Source: Fibrobacterales bacterium (GTDB lineage Bacteria; Fibrobacterota; Fibrobacteria; Fibrobacterales; JAOPTW01). From it: a DNA stretch of 64,000 nt. Where the stretch lies: positions 125,906-189,905 of the forward strand of contig JAOPTW010000027.1 of the NCBI GenBank assembly GCA_051532035.1. Reading direction: 5' to 3'. Each line of letters begins with the position of its first letter. Positions within the stretch are counted from its first letter, which is position 1. The notes beneath the pieces were generated by a model that worked only from the letters and a program-made list of their open reading frames with translations, was not told the DNA's origin and did no database searches. Below are positions 29,228 to 39,948 of the stretch, piece after piece. Both the position numbers and the translations under genes were made by a program.

Positions 29228-29902
29228 ATGCAAAATTCTCGACCAGCCCCTCGTCAAAACCGACTCAAGCCCACTATGAAAAACATGGGGGTCCTTCTTA
29301 AAAGTCACGGTGTCGAGATCAACAATGAAACCCTTGAAAAACTTTGGGAATTCCATCAACTCCTCAGAGAAAACAACACTGACCAAGATCTTAGTAGACT
29401 CAATGCATTTGAAACAATTATCGAAAGGCACTACGCCGACTGTATGATTATTAATGCCTTTGAACAAAATTGGCCAAAGAAAATGCTCGATATCGGTTCA
29501 GGTGCAGGGTTTCCCGGCATACCATTTAAACTGATCCATCCTGATATCCATCTCACCCTTTGCGAACCACGACAACGCCGTTGTGATTTCATGGGCATGG
29601 TTATTGAGAAACTCGACCTCAAAAATATTGAAATTTTCAATCATAAAGTAACCTCAAAAAGCATGGACATTCCAGTTGGCGGGATTATAACTCGTGCATT
29701 TGAGCTTATGGAAAAAACCCTTCCTCGAATAGAAAACGCGCTTCAGCCCGGTGGCTACGCCTATTTTATGAAAGGCCCCGCAGCAAAAGATGAAATCGCC
29801 ACTTTTTCTAATCCTGATTATACTATCCACAAAGAGCATTGGTATAGCATTCCCAACTCAAATCAACAGAGATCTTTGATCGTTCTAAAACGCAAAAAAT
29901 AG
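29228..29902 (+). CDS. rsmG: 16S rRNA m7G527 methyltransferase
   Basis: RHYADC, LDIGSGAGFPGIP, ITRAF, MKGP. Confidence 0.92.
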   Translation: MQNSRPAPRQNRLKPTMKNMGVLLKSHGVEINNETLEKLWEFHQLLRENNTDQDLSRLNAFETIIERHYADCMIINAFEQNWPKKMLDIGSGAGFPGIPFKLIHPDIHLTLCEPRQRRCDFMGMVIEKLDLKNIEIFNHKVTSKSMDIPVGGIITRAFELMEKTLPRIENALQPGGYAYFMKGPAAKDEIATFSNPDYTIHKEHWYSIPNSNQQRSLIVLKRKK

Positions 29903-29985
29903 ACCGCTGCTTCATCGATATATATTATCTTCTTTTTAGGAACTCTTCAAATGCCCATTTGGAGGTTTCACTATATGGAGGAACA

Positions 29986-30234
29986 ATGAATAGTATACGG
30001 TGGATACGGAACATTCTTGTCGACGGCCATAGGTACACTCTCGAAATTCTTATCGGGGCGGACCTTATTGCCGACAAGTGCTACGTAAGAATCAATCAAG
30101 AGCCTGAACTCTGGTTTACCCCCGATAGTGACGACCGAGACATTATTGTACAGCGTGGAATGGCTATTCTTAAAAAAAGATTTGAAGGCCTCACCGCAAC
30201 ATTGCCCAATGGGCAACCATTTAATTGGGACTAG
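29986..30234 (+). CDS. hypothetical protein
   Basis: Strong GGAGGA RBS before ATG 29986; sits directly upstream of the GH57 gene. Confidence 0.6.
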   Translation: MNSIRWIRNILVDGHRYTLEILIGADLIADKCYVRINQEPELWFTPDSDDRDIIVQRGMAILKKRFEGLTATLPNGQPFNWD

Positions 30235-30246
30235 GAGCAAAGGCTT

Positions 30247-32742
30247 ATGGCAGAGAAAAACCCTATTTATCTCACTATTCATGGACACTTTTATCAACCC
30301 CCCCGTGAAAATCCTTGGACTGATGAAGTAGAGATCCAAGACAGTGCACTCCCCAATCACGATTGGAATGATCGCATTGCATCTCAATGTTATGACGCCA
30401 ACTCCGCATCACGACTGCTGAACCCCTATGGGAAAATTTCAAAAATTATAAATAACTACGAATACATGAGCTTTAATTTTGGACCAACCCTCATGTCATG
30501 GATTCGAGACCAACGCCCCAACACCTACAAACGTATTATTGAAGGTGACAAACGGAGTGCCAAACGACTCAATGGCCACGGTAATGCAATTGCTCAAGTA
30601 TATAATCACATAATTATGCCCTTGGCCAATGACCGTGAGCGCCGAATACAAATAGAGTGGGGCATTAGAGATTTTGAATTTCACTTTGGCCGCAAACCCG
30701 AAGGTATGTGGCTTGCAGAAACGGCAATTAACACCGCAACAGTCGTTGACCTCATAAAAGCAGGTATCAAATACACCATACTTGCCCCTACCCAAGCAGA
30801 TGCAGTTCGAGAATTTGCCAACGATGCGTGGTATGATGTAAGTCAAAGCGCCATAGACCCAACCAGACCTTACAGGATTTACCCTAAAGATGAAGATGGT
30901 GACCCCTTTATTGACGATGCCTATCTCGATGTTTTCTTTTATGATGGCAACCTATCCTCTGCTGTTGGCTTTGAACACCTCCTCCGTAATGCACCCGCCT
31001 ATATCGACAAAATTAAGGGTGCTTTCAATTATGAAAAGCCAGACCCTCAACTTATCTCTATTGCGACCGATGGTGAATCGTATGGACATCACGAACCTTT
31101 TGGGGATATGTGTGCCTCTTATATGTTTGACCAAGTATGCCCTAAAGAGAATATTATACCCGTCAATTTTGGATATTTCTTAGAAAAAAATCCGCCCGTT
31201 GCAGAAGTGACTCTAAAAAATGGCCTCGGCGAAGGAACCGCATGGTCATGTGCACATGGTGTTGGACGGTGGTACCGCAACTGTGGCTGTACCACAGGCT
31301 CACCTCCAGAATGGAATCAAGAGTGGCGCGGACCGGTACGGCACGCCTACAACTACCTTTCAAAACATGCTCTTCGAGTATATGATAGTGAAGTAAAAAA
31401 AATATCTCACACCAAACCAAATGAGCTTGTCATCGAGTATGTAGAGGTGCTCCTTCAGAAAGACCCTACATTTACTGGTGAATTTTTGAAAAAACATCTG
31501 GTGACCACCGAAAATTTCGAAGAACGTGCAACCCAACTCCTCTGCCTCCTCGAAATGCAAAAATATACCATGTTTGCTTATACCAGCTGCGGGTGGTTTT
31601 TTGGAGAGGTCAGTGGGCTAGAGCCTGTACAAAACATGAAGTATGCTCGTCGATCTATAGAGTTGATGTCCTACTTTAAAACAAGTTTTTCCATTGATAA
31701 ATTTCTCGATTTTCTCGACGCTGCTATAAGTAATATTGACGGGCGCACCGGAAAACAACTCTACCTTGACTATACAGGCTCGCACCTCCCTACCACTTTT
31801 CGGGTTATTGCAGAGGTACTCTACCGTGAGCTCCATGCCAAAACTCAGTTTTGCTCCAACATCGGCATTTTTAATATAACGGTTGTTCCCGTCTCAACTG
31901 CTACTGTTAAAATATATACCGTTGCCATTGCAAACACCTCAACTTGGGAGCGAGAGTCTCTCGTTGTGGCTGGACTTAAAAACCAGTATGGCGATGATTA
32001 CTTTGCCTTCTTGCCGGATTCTGTGAGCCTCAGGGGATTTGAATCCCTCGATAGCGCGATTCAAGAATTTGACACCATCGTACAACTGTACCCCGACGCA
32101 ATACCCGTTGGTTTTCGAGACCTCTTTGATGACGCATTCATCAACATTACCCAAGAGCTCATTGACAACTCATCGCGGTCAATTCTCGAAGATTACAAAG
32201 TCTTCCCTAAAAAACACGGCATGATAATGGAGATTTTACAGCAATCACAAAAACCTCTTGATGAGAGCATTGCCGTCCCCCTTAAAATGTCAATGTCAGC
32301 CTATGTCTATGATGCATTAGAGAAAGCCCTGAGCGAAGTTACTCCAGAGATTGAAGAGGAGATCGCTTCACTCAAAAAGAGAGCCGCTTATCTTAACCTC
32401 ACGCTCAAAGCTGAATGGATCGAGAAACGCTTTGACACAAAAATTGAAGAGTTGATGCAAAACATCATTGAGTCTCCGAACCCCAAAGTGATACAACACA
32501 TTACAAAACTTATCACCCTCGCAGACTCATTTAACATGACAATCAACAAAGGTGAAGTAGAAAACAAAGCATATCCGCTCTACCTTGAGAATATGAAACA
32601 GTTTAAAAATAATGGCACCATGGATCCTGCACTTGTTAACCTCTTCTCGTGGCTCAACTTTGAGCTCCCCAAAGACGTCTACATCGACAAAAAAACAAAA
32701 AGTGCCAAAGATAAAACTGCCGCAATGCTAGAAAAAGCCTAA
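30247..32742 (+). CDS. glycoside hydrolase family 57 / DUF3536 protein
   Basis: HGHFYQPPRENPW, SFNFGPTL, GMWLAETA, ATDGESYGHH, WSCAHGVGRW, YTSCGWFF. Confidence 0.92.
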   Translation: MAEKNPIYLTIHGHFYQPPRENPWTDEVEIQDSALPNHDWNDRIASQCYDANSASRLLNPYGKISKIINNYEYMSFNFGPTLMSWIRDQRPNTYKRIIEGDKRSAKRLNGHGNAIAQVYNHIIMPLANDRERRIQIEWGIRDFEFHFGRKPEGMWLAETAINTATVVDLIKAGIKYTILAPTQADAVREFANDAWYDVSQSAIDPTRPYRIYPKDEDGDPFIDDAYLDVFFYDGNLSSAVGFEHLLRNAPAYIDKIKGAFNYEKPDPQLISIATDGESYGHHEPFGDMCASYMFDQVCPKENIIPVNFGYFLEKNPPVAEVTLKNGLGEGTAWSCAHGVGRWYRNCGCTTGSPPEWNQEWRGPVRHAYNYLSKHALRVYDSEVKKISHTKPNELVIEYVEVLLQKDPTFTGEFLKKHLVTTENFEERATQLLCLLEMQKYTMFAYTSCGWFFGEVSGLEPVQNMKYARRSIELMSYFKTSFSIDKFLDFLDAAISNIDGRTGKQLYLDYTGSHLPTTFRVIAEVLYRELHAKTQFCSNIGIFNITVVPVSTATVKIYTVAIANTSTWERESLVVAGLKNQYGDDYFAFLPDSVSLRGFESLDSAIQEFDTIVQLYPDAIPVGFRDLFDDAFINITQELIDNSSRSILEDYKVFPKKHGMIMEILQQSQKPLDESIAVPLKMSMSAYVYDALEKALSEVTPEIEEEIASLKKRAAYLNLTLKAEWIEKRFDTKIEELMQNIIESPNPKVIQHITKLITLADSFNMTINKGEVENKAYPLYLENMKQFKNNGTMDPALVNLFSWLNFELPKDVYIDKKTKSAKDKTAAMLEKA

Positions 32743-32771
32743 ACAACAAAACAAGGCATCTAATCAAGGCC

Positions 32772-33713
32772 TCAAACTAAGGTCGCAATAGATTGAGTGG
32801 TAAATAAGGTATGCACCTGTTGGCATACCGATACAGCCTCAGTTGCGCACTGTAATGCGTTACTATCGCTCTGGCCACTATCTATCATAGTATCAAATGC
32901 CGTGTGCTCATCCTCAAGGGGGTCAGACTCCACAACACTCACCTTTTGATGGGGCCCATCATGTAGGCTTACCGTCACCGCTCTATTGAGTAGATCACAC
33001 TCCATATACCCGAGTGCACCCTCAATTTTGATGCTCCGTTCAGAACGCCCAGACACTCTATCTGCCCGACACAGTATAGCCACATCACCAATAGTCATGG
33101 TTACTGAGCAACAATCTCTAAATGCTCTTTCATCACCCTGACACTCGAGTGTTGTCACTCCACAACCTAACTTCGAAAATATCAGGTCAAGATCATGAAT
33201 CATAAGGTCATACAACACATCACGATCAGAATGAGAGCGCATAGTGGGTAGCGCACGATAACTCTCTATAGCTATTAACTCCCCTAACTGACCCAATAGC
33301 TCACACGTTTTTTTCCACGCAGGATTAAAGCGCTCACTATGACCCACCATCAAAGGTATTGCATCATCATAAGCCATGAGAATTTCCGCATCACTTTGTT
33401 CAAGTACAAAAGGCTTTTCAACGAGTACCGGTATTCTCTGTTTAAGTAACTGTCGCACCAGTGGATAATGGCTATCACAAGAGGCCGCAACGATAGCTCC
33501 ATCAAAATGATGCTCTTCAAGGGCTTCTGAGAGAGAGAGATAACAAGGGAGGTCTTCACGCCAGGTTGTACTATCTTTATCAACTAATGCAGATAGTGAA
33601 AAACAGGTACCACGAAATACCGCATCAACATGTTTACTCCCCATGGCTCCAAGGCCAATGATCACTATTTTTTTTCTATGAGAAGAACTCAATGTCTCAA
33701 CCATCCCAGTCAT
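32772..33713 (-). CDS. Gfo/Idh/MocA oxidoreductase
   Basis: IIGLGAMG, LVEKP, VGHSERFNP, DLMIHDLD. Confidence 0.9.
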   Translation of the reverse strand: MTGMVETLSSSHRKKIVIIGLGAMGSKHVDAVFRGTCFSLSALVDKDSTTWREDLPCYLSLSEALEEHHFDGAIVAASCDSHYPLVRQLLKQRIPVLVEKPFVLEQSDAEILMAYDDAIPLMVGHSERFNPAWKKTCELLGQLGELIAIESYRALPTMRSHSDRDVLYDLMIHDLDLIFSKLGCGVTTLECQGDERAFRDCCSVTMTIGDVAILCRADRVSGRSERSIKIEGALGYMECDLLNRAVTVSLHDGPHQKVSVVESDPLEDEHTAFDTMIDSGQSDSNALQCATEAVSVCQQVHTLFTTQSIATLV

Positions 33714-33870
33714 TTAGGGCTAAAAATATCAATTTATTCTCTTCCAAGCGAGATATCATAGGCTTTTCTCTATTATCACCTCAAAAACTCTTTCCTCTTG
33801 TGCTCGAAAACAAATAGTTATCTATTTTTATCACAATAGACGTTTTTAAAGCTTGTAGGTCCATACCGTT

Positions 33871-35289
33871 ATGCATTTAGATTTTTCAAAAACCACTGTT
33901 CTTATCATTGGTGATATCATGCTCGACCGATACTATATCGGGAATGTCGATCGAATATCTCCTGAAGCCCCCGTCCCCGTTATACGCGTCACTCAAACAA
34001 GGACAGCACTCGGTGGTGCGGCAAATGTTGCCAATAATATTAGCCACTTAGGCGCACGAGCGACACTCATTGGTTTTTGTGGTCACGATAGTGACTATCA
34101 CGAAGTAAAAGTACTTTCAGAAAAGCAAGACATTAATCTTCATATTACCACAAGTAGTAATCCGACGATTACCAAATCTCGGGTTATCGGTGAACACCAA
34201 CAGATTACCCGCCTCGACTTTGAGAGTTCATCTCCCTATAGCGCCAATGAAATTACGCAATTAGAAGAAGCCTATATTGCCGCACTTCCTCAGTCTGATA
34301 TTGTTATCATCTCGGATTATGGCAAAGGCGTATGTACTCCAGAGCTCTGTCAAACCATCATCAATCAAGCACGCAAAGCAGGTAAAAAAGTCATTGTTGA
34401 CCCCAAGGGTCAAAACTGGCAAAAATACCAGTACGCCTCATTTATTACTCCTAACTTTAAAGAGTTTCGAGAGCATCTAGCTATTGACATTGACAATGCG
34501 GATAGTGCTATTGAACAGAGCGCACCTAATATTCTTAAACGGTTACACCTCGAAAACCTTCTGGTAACTAGGTCTCAAAAAGGTATGACCCTTATCACTA
34601 ATAATGATGAGTTTTTCCATCGTCACACCGAAGCCCGAGATGTTTTTGATGTCAGTGGCGCTGGTGATACTGTTGTCGCTACTCTTGCGACCGGTATTGC
34701 GTCGGGGATGACCTCCAATCAAGCAATTAGTGTCGCCAACTCAGCCGCTGGTATTGTTGTAGGTAAAATGGGTACTGCACCTATTGAAATTCGAGAGCTT
34801 AAACGGAAAATTTTTGACCCTGACCTTGTGGAGTCCCCAAAGATTGTATCTAGAGAGCAGCTCAATACATCACTGGCTCAAGTAAAACACCGAGATAAGA
34901 CAGTGATATTTACCAACGGCTGTTTTGATCTCGTTCATCGAGGTCACCTTCAATACCTTAAAAAAGCGCGTAACTTTGGTGATATACTTATCATTGGCCT
35001 CAATAGTGATCAATCAGTTCAGAAACTCAAAGGTCCAGACCGACCAATAAACAATGAGAATGACAGAGCCCTTATGCTCGCCTCACTCGAATTTGTCGAC
35101 TACGTCACTATTTTTAACGAAGAGACCCCCTTCGAACTTCTTAAAGAAATACAGCCCTCAATATTAGTGAAGGGTGGAGACTACGCTCTCGAAGACGTGG
35201 TTGGTCGTGAATTTGCCGATGAAGTACGGTTAGTGCAATTTGTAGACGGGTATTCAACAACAAACATTATTAAAAAAATGGAAAAATAA
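33871..35289 (+). CDS. hldE: bifunctional heptose 7-phosphate kinase / heptose 1-phosphate adenylyltransferase
   Basis: RISPEAPVPV, SDYGKG, DVSGAGDTV, FTNGCFDLVHRGH, LVKGGDY. Confidence 0.95.
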   Translation: MHLDFSKTTVLIIGDIMLDRYYIGNVDRISPEAPVPVIRVTQTRTALGGAANVANNISHLGARATLIGFCGHDSDYHEVKVLSEKQDINLHITTSSNPTITKSRVIGEHQQITRLDFESSSPYSANEITQLEEAYIAALPQSDIVIISDYGKGVCTPELCQTIINQARKAGKKVIVDPKGQNWQKYQYASFITPNFKEFREHLAIDIDNADSAIEQSAPNILKRLHLENLLVTRSQKGMTLITNNDEFFHRHTEARDVFDVSGAGDTVVATLATGIASGMTSNQAISVANSAAGIVVGKMGTAPIEIRELKRKIFDPDLVESPKIVSREQLNTSLAQVKHRDKTVIFTNGCFDLVHRGHLQYLKKARNFGDILIIGLNSDQSVQKLKGPDRPINNENDRALMLASLEFVDYVTIFNEETPFELLKEIQPSILVKGGDYALEDVVGREFADEVRLVQFVDGYSTTNIIKKMEK

Positions 35290-35290
35290 T

Positions 35291-36226
35291 ATGATTATTG
35301 TTACAGGCGGTGCAGGATTTATTGGGAGTAATTTGGTTCGTGGTCTCAACAAAAAAGGGTATACCGATATTCTTATTGTTGACAACCTCGCAAAACCCGA
35401 GAAACATCTCAACCTCAATAGACTTGAGTTTACGGACTATATAGACAAATATGAGTTTATTGAAAAGCTCGATACCTTTACCGATGTTGAGGCTATTTTT
35501 CACCAAGGTGCCTGTTCCAAAACAACAGAAACTGATGGCATCTACATGATGGACATCAATTACGAGTATTCCAAAACCCTTTATGCCTTTTGTCAAAAAC
35601 AAGGTGCTCGCTTTATCTATGCATCAAGTGCATCGGTCTATGGAAATGGCGACAACGGCTTTACAGAACTCAGAGAAAATGAATACCCACTCAATATTTA
35701 TGCCTATTCAAAATTTCTATTTGATCAATGGATCCGCAAGCAAGAGTGGAAGTCTGAGCACCAAGTTGCAGGGCTCCGCTACTTTAATGTATATGGCCCA
35801 CAAGAAAATCACAAAGAGTCAATGGCAAGTGTCATCTACCATTTTCACAATCAGATAAAAGAGAATGGTACTCTCAAAATTTTTGAAGGCTCTGAAGATT
35901 TTATTCGTGATTTTATTTATGTCAATGATGTGGTTGATGTGAATCTTTTCTTACTTGAAAATCCAGGCGTTTCTGGAATTTTTAATGTCGGAACCGGAAA
36001 AGCTGAAAGTTTTATGAGCATTGCAAAAATCATGTCAGAAGAGAACAACAATGCGCCTATAGAGACTATTCCATTCCCAGACCACCTCAAAGGTAAGTAC
36101 CAAAAATACACCCAAGCAGACCTCACCAACCTTCGTCAAGCAGGCTATGAGGCTGATTTTATCTCTTTAGATGACGGTGTAAGAGATTATGCTCGTATAC
36201 TTACTCAACAAAATGGCTTTATTTAA
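35291..36226 (+). CDS. hldD: ADP-L-glycero-D-manno-heptose 6-epimerase
   Basis: TGGAGFIGSN, FHQGACS.T, YAYSK, RYFNVYGP.E.HK..MAS, YQKYTQAD. Confidence 0.95.
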   Translation: MIIVTGGAGFIGSNLVRGLNKKGYTDILIVDNLAKPEKHLNLNRLEFTDYIDKYEFIEKLDTFTDVEAIFHQGACSKTTETDGIYMMDINYEYSKTLYAFCQKQGARFIYASSASVYGNGDNGFTELRENEYPLNIYAYSKFLFDQWIRKQEWKSEHQVAGLRYFNVYGPQENHKESMASVIYHFHNQIKENGTLKIFEGSEDFIRDFIYVNDVVDVNLFLLENPGVSGIFNVGTGKAESFMSIAKIMSEENNNAPIETIPFPDHLKGKYQKYTQADLTNLRQAGYEADFISLDDGVRDYARILTQQNGFI

Positions 36227-36338
36227 TATCTTACTTATCCCTATAGGTAAGCAACAAATATCCCATATTTAAAATATGAGACAATAAGTCTCCTCTTTCA
36301 CTTTTTTAAGATTATTTTAATGAGTGAAAGAGGTATTC

Positions 36339-36818
36339 ATGGCACAGTATTGTTTAACAGGTTACGTTAAAGGTGATTCCGATATCCCAAGTACGGCTCG
36401 AGTATATATCACCAACTGGAGCCCCGGTTTTATTACTGCTGAAATTATGGGAAGTGGGAAAGGCAGTAAAAAAGGACTTATCAGTAAATCAATCAAAACC
36501 ACTCAACTTGACGCTATTACCTATCGAAAAACCCCTGAACATCTTATCTATAAATTCCTTAAAATTTATAACTCTCAAGAGACCGCTATAAAGATAACGT
36601 CCTCCTTTAATCAAAAAGTAGGATCAAAATCAAAAATTAAAGCGGAATTCACCCTCTATAGCTACAACACTCAAAGTGACCTTTCAACACTTTCGGACAG
36701 AACGTATCACGAAACACTCATTGTGGGTGTTATAGCAGTGCTTATTACCCTTTCCTTTGCCTGGGTTGAAATAAGCCCTTTTATAGAATACAATGATATC
36801 AATGTTATTCTACCATAA
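36339..36818 (+). CDS. hypothetical protein with C-terminal TM helix
   Basis: GAGG RBS, hydrophobic C-terminal segment. Confidence 0.5.
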   Translation: MAQYCLTGYVKGDSDIPSTARVYITNWSPGFITAEIMGSGKGSKKGLISKSIKTTQLDAITYRKTPEHLIYKFLKIYNSQETAIKITSSFNQKVGSKSKIKAEFTLYSYNTQSDLSTLSDRTYHETLIVGVIAVLITLSFAWVEISPFIEYNDINVILP

Positions 36819-36850
36819 ACAAGGTAGTGGTCTACAGTACATTCCTAGGC

Positions 36851-38137
36851 CTATAATTGACCCTTAACCCAATCCACCAATTCTTCTTTTGTGCTTAAAA
36901 CACCATCGAGCTGTAACTCAAAAGATTCTTTTATAAGTGGCCCCATCTGAGGCCCCGGCGTAACCCCAATCTCTATAAGCATTTTACCTGTAAGGAGTGG
37001 TTCTGGTGGTCCATCCCATACACCAACCGAGAGTGCACGTTCTTCTATCCACTGTTGTATCCTTGTATATCCAACATCACCACTTCCACAAAGTACGGCC
37101 CGAGCAAGGGTTGCCTGATCTCGTAATGGCGCTTTTAGTGCCAGTCTTCTTACCCATCCTTCTGATAGCCCTTCACCCCTGTTAAAGCCTTCAATCATAG
37201 TTCGATACGCCCCAGTCAACGCCTTCACCCCTTTAATGAGTTTTATATCACGGGTCATTCTCTTTAAAAAGGTCTCTACTACCTTGATGGGCATATGTGA
37301 GCAGAGGGCACTAAATTGAATAATCTCCTCATCTTTAGTTACCGCACCACGCTTTTTGGCAGCGGCATCAACCGCGCCAAGGAGACTCCGCCACTCATCG
37401 TCTACTCTATCATTCGTAAATTGTGATATTTCAGGAAAAAAACGAGTAAGATTCATAGCAACAAGATTCGACAAACCAATAGAGGGCTTTGATGCTTTGA
37501 ATAATAATTTTTGAAACTCATCATAAAACCGCTCTGAGGAGAGTTCTGACAAATCTTGTTTACTACAGAGTAACATAGTTTTTGGCGCTATAGTGAGTTC
37601 AAATCGAGCAGAAAATTGCACGGCTCGTAGTGCACGCAATGGGTCTTCACTAAATGCATCACTCACATGGCGGAGTGTTTTTGACTCAAGGTCTTTTAAA
37701 CCACCGTTAGGGTCGACAAGTGTACCATCTTTTAATGAAACACCCATACTATTAATAGTAAAATCTCGTCTCTTAGATGCCGTTTCAAAATCGAGCCATG
37801 GATCGGAGTGTATAGTAAATGCCGTATGTCCAACGCCACATTTTTCTTCGGTTCTAGGAAAGGCAAACTCAAAATCCTCCCCATCAACCGTTAAGAGATA
37901 CACCCCAAAAGCCTTACCTACAAGGCCAGGTCTTCCAAACAAGCCCAACACCTCAAGCAGCATCTCCTCAGTAAGGCTATAAACTTCGATATCATAATCC
38001 TTAGAGGGGAAACCAAGAAAAGCATCACGAACCCAACCACCAACAAGGTATGCATTACCACCTCGCTGAGTAATCTCTAGTGCTATTTTTTTGAGTACCT
38101 CAGGGAGCTCTATTAACGCTTCTTCTATACTTTTCAT
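36851..38137 (-). CDS. cca: CCA tRNA nucleotidyltransferase family
   Basis: LVGGWVRD...DYDIE, RRDFTINSM, EDPLR; the HD region appears degenerate; start moved to ATG 38137. Confidence 0.85.
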   Translation of the reverse strand: MKSIEEALIELPEVLKKIALEITQRGGNAYLVGGWVRDAFLGFPSKDYDIEVYSLTEEMLLEVLGLFGRPGLVGKAFGVYLLTVDGEDFEFAFPRTEEKCGVGHTAFTIHSDPWLDFETASKRRDFTINSMGVSLKDGTLVDPNGGLKDLESKTLRHVSDAFSEDPLRALRAVQFSARFELTIAPKTMLLCSKQDLSELSSERFYDEFQKLLFKASKPSIGLSNLVAMNLTRFFPEISQFTNDRVDDEWRSLLGAVDAAAKKRGAVTKDEEIIQFSALCSHMPIKVVETFLKRMTRDIKLIKGVKALTGAYRTMIEGFNRGEGLSEGWVRRLALKAPLRDQATLARAVLCGSGDVGYTRIQQWIEERALSVGVWDGPPEPLLTGKMLIEIGVTPGPQMGPLIKESFELQLDGVLSTKEELVDWVKGQL

Positions 38138-38255
38138 TATATCATCTCTGTTGATCGTCCAAAATGTACTTTTTGCACAACTATGATCTATAGATTCTCT
38201 GATATTATACCTCTTTTTATCTATTTTTTGCAGGGTAACCAAAAGAGAGGGCTCA

Positions 38256-38870
38256 ATGAGTCGACCAATGATTAAAGTTTGTGGAATTACTGACCTTCAC
38301 AATGCACTCGCAATTGAATCACTCGGTGTTGAATATATTGGATTCAATTTTATCCCCTCTTCAAAGCGGTATATCAGTCCAAAATCTGCACAAACAATTA
38401 TTTGCCAGTTCACCTCAGCAATCCCTGTGGGCATTTTTATGGATCAACCCATTGATTATGTGAATACAACAATTAAAGAGTCTGGCATTACTCTCGCACA
38501 ACTTCATGGTGTTGAAACTCCACACTATTGCACCCAGGTAAGTGTACCTGTCATTAAAGTTTTTTCAATTACCGACACATTCGACCTTACCATCCTTACA
38601 AATTATCCCACCAAATTTCATCTGTTTGATGCACAAAGTGGTTCAGAAAAAGGTGGTACCGGTATCTCATTTGACTGGAGTCTTATCACGTCATCCACCA
38701 ATCGAACACCATGGTTTTTAGCAGGGGGAATTGGACCCAAAAATATTATTGAAGCAACTCAAACACCGAGCATTTTTGGACTTGACCTCAACAGTAAATT
38801 TGAAATTACGCCGGGTATAAAGTCGATAAATTTATTGCGTGAATCTATCGAAAAGTTAACCAACAAATAA
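38256..38870 (+). CDS. trpF: phosphoribosylanthranilate isomerase
   Basis: IKVCGIT, QLHG.E, GGTG.SFDW, LAGGI, DLNSKFE..PG.K. Confidence 0.95.
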   Translation: MSRPMIKVCGITDLHNALAIESLGVEYIGFNFIPSSKRYISPKSAQTIICQFTSAIPVGIFMDQPIDYVNTTIKESGITLAQLHGVETPHYCTQVSVPVIKVFSITDTFDLTILTNYPTKFHLFDAQSGSEKGGTGISFDWSLITSSTNRTPWFLAGGIGPKNIIEATQTPSIFGLDLNSKFEITPGIKSINLLRESIEKLTNK

Positions 38871-39331
38871 GTGATACTCAACATGTTGTAACACAATGTT
38901 TACTGTAAAAGTCCGATCTCTTTCAAAATTTTCTTTTATTTTTTTTGCAGCCTCAATTCACAACTCGTTACTGTTTTTTAAAAAGTGAACTTTTGACTCC
39001 TAAAAATGATCACTTTTTCACTGTTTTTTGACATAATATGAAAAAAAGTTGAAGTTTTTTTTCATGCAGTTTACCTCTTGTTTTATCTTGAACATAAACA
39101 CAGCACATCAAAAAAAAAAAACAATCATCGCACTGTACCCTTTATAAAACAAAGGTTAAAAGCTAGCAACGTTTTACACTACACTTCGTACACACAACAT
39201 CAACCATCAGTAAACCCTTATAGAATATCACTTTACACGAACCTAATTTGACAAGAATTGAAATTTTTATCTTGTTTTCTGTATTAAAATAATATTATCT
39301 TATAGATATACAGTTCAAACAGTGGCGAGAA

Positions 39332-39586
39332 ATGGCTAAGAAAGTTGTAAAGAAAAAAGTGGCAAAAAAAGCAACAAAGAAAAAAGTAGCGAAGAAAAAA
39401 GTAGCGAAGAAAAAAGTTGCGAAGAAAGTAACAAAGAAAAAAGTTGCTAAAAAGAAAGTTGCAAAGAAAAAAGTGGCGAAGAAAAAAGTCGCTAAAAAAG
39501 TTGTAAAGAAAAAAGTTGCAAAGAAAGTGGCAAAGAAAAAAGTCGCTAAAAAAGTCGCAAAGAAAAAAGTAGCAAAAAAGAAATAA
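39332..39586 (+). CDS. histone H1/Hc2-like basic repeat protein
   Basis: 84 aa made only of M/A/K/V/T, 48 Lys, KKKVA pentapeptide repeats with varied synonymous codons. Confidence 0.75.
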   Translation: MAKKVVKKKVAKKATKKKVAKKKVAKKKVAKKVTKKKVAKKKVAKKKVAKKKVAKKVVKKKVAKKVAKKKVAKKVAKKKVAKKK

Positions 39587-39693
39587 TTGAATCGTTGGGA
39601 CTCAACAAGCTCAGCTCGCCCTCTGTAAGTTTTCTTCCTAAGAGGACTCTGAGTTTACAAACTTAGTCACCAATTGATATCATTATTACTAAA

Positions 39694-39748
39694 GCAGGAA
39701 GCGTACACTCTACCTAATCGGTATCGTGTAGCAGCTCCTGCATTTTTT
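39694..39748 (+). terminator. long hairpin plus T-tract (terminator-like)
   Basis: gcagga/tcctgc, tacac/gtgta, tacc/ggta stems followed by tttttt. Confidence 0.55.
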
Positions 39749-39948
39749 CTTCCTTATCTCTTTTGCTGGGTACATTTTCTGTATCCATCTAAGCGAAACC
39801 ATGCCTACAAAGGTTTGCGAACGAAAACCACTCATTCATTCAATATTTTAGCCATTTTTGTATAAACCTCATTAATAATTACTTTTTTTAGTATTTTTAA
39901 CATTAATAGTAATGCGTATTTTTACATACATTGACTGATAGAGGCAAT

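Noticed and set aside
38871..39331. AT-rich intergenic region as a possible oriC or RNA gene
   Set aside because: No TTATCCACA-type DnaA boxes or tRNA-like sequence seen; the inverted repeats are mostly A/T homopolymer runs
39674..39865. 63-aa ORF downstream of the histone-like gene
   Set aside because: TTG start without an RBS, runs through the terminator-like hairpin, no recognisable motif
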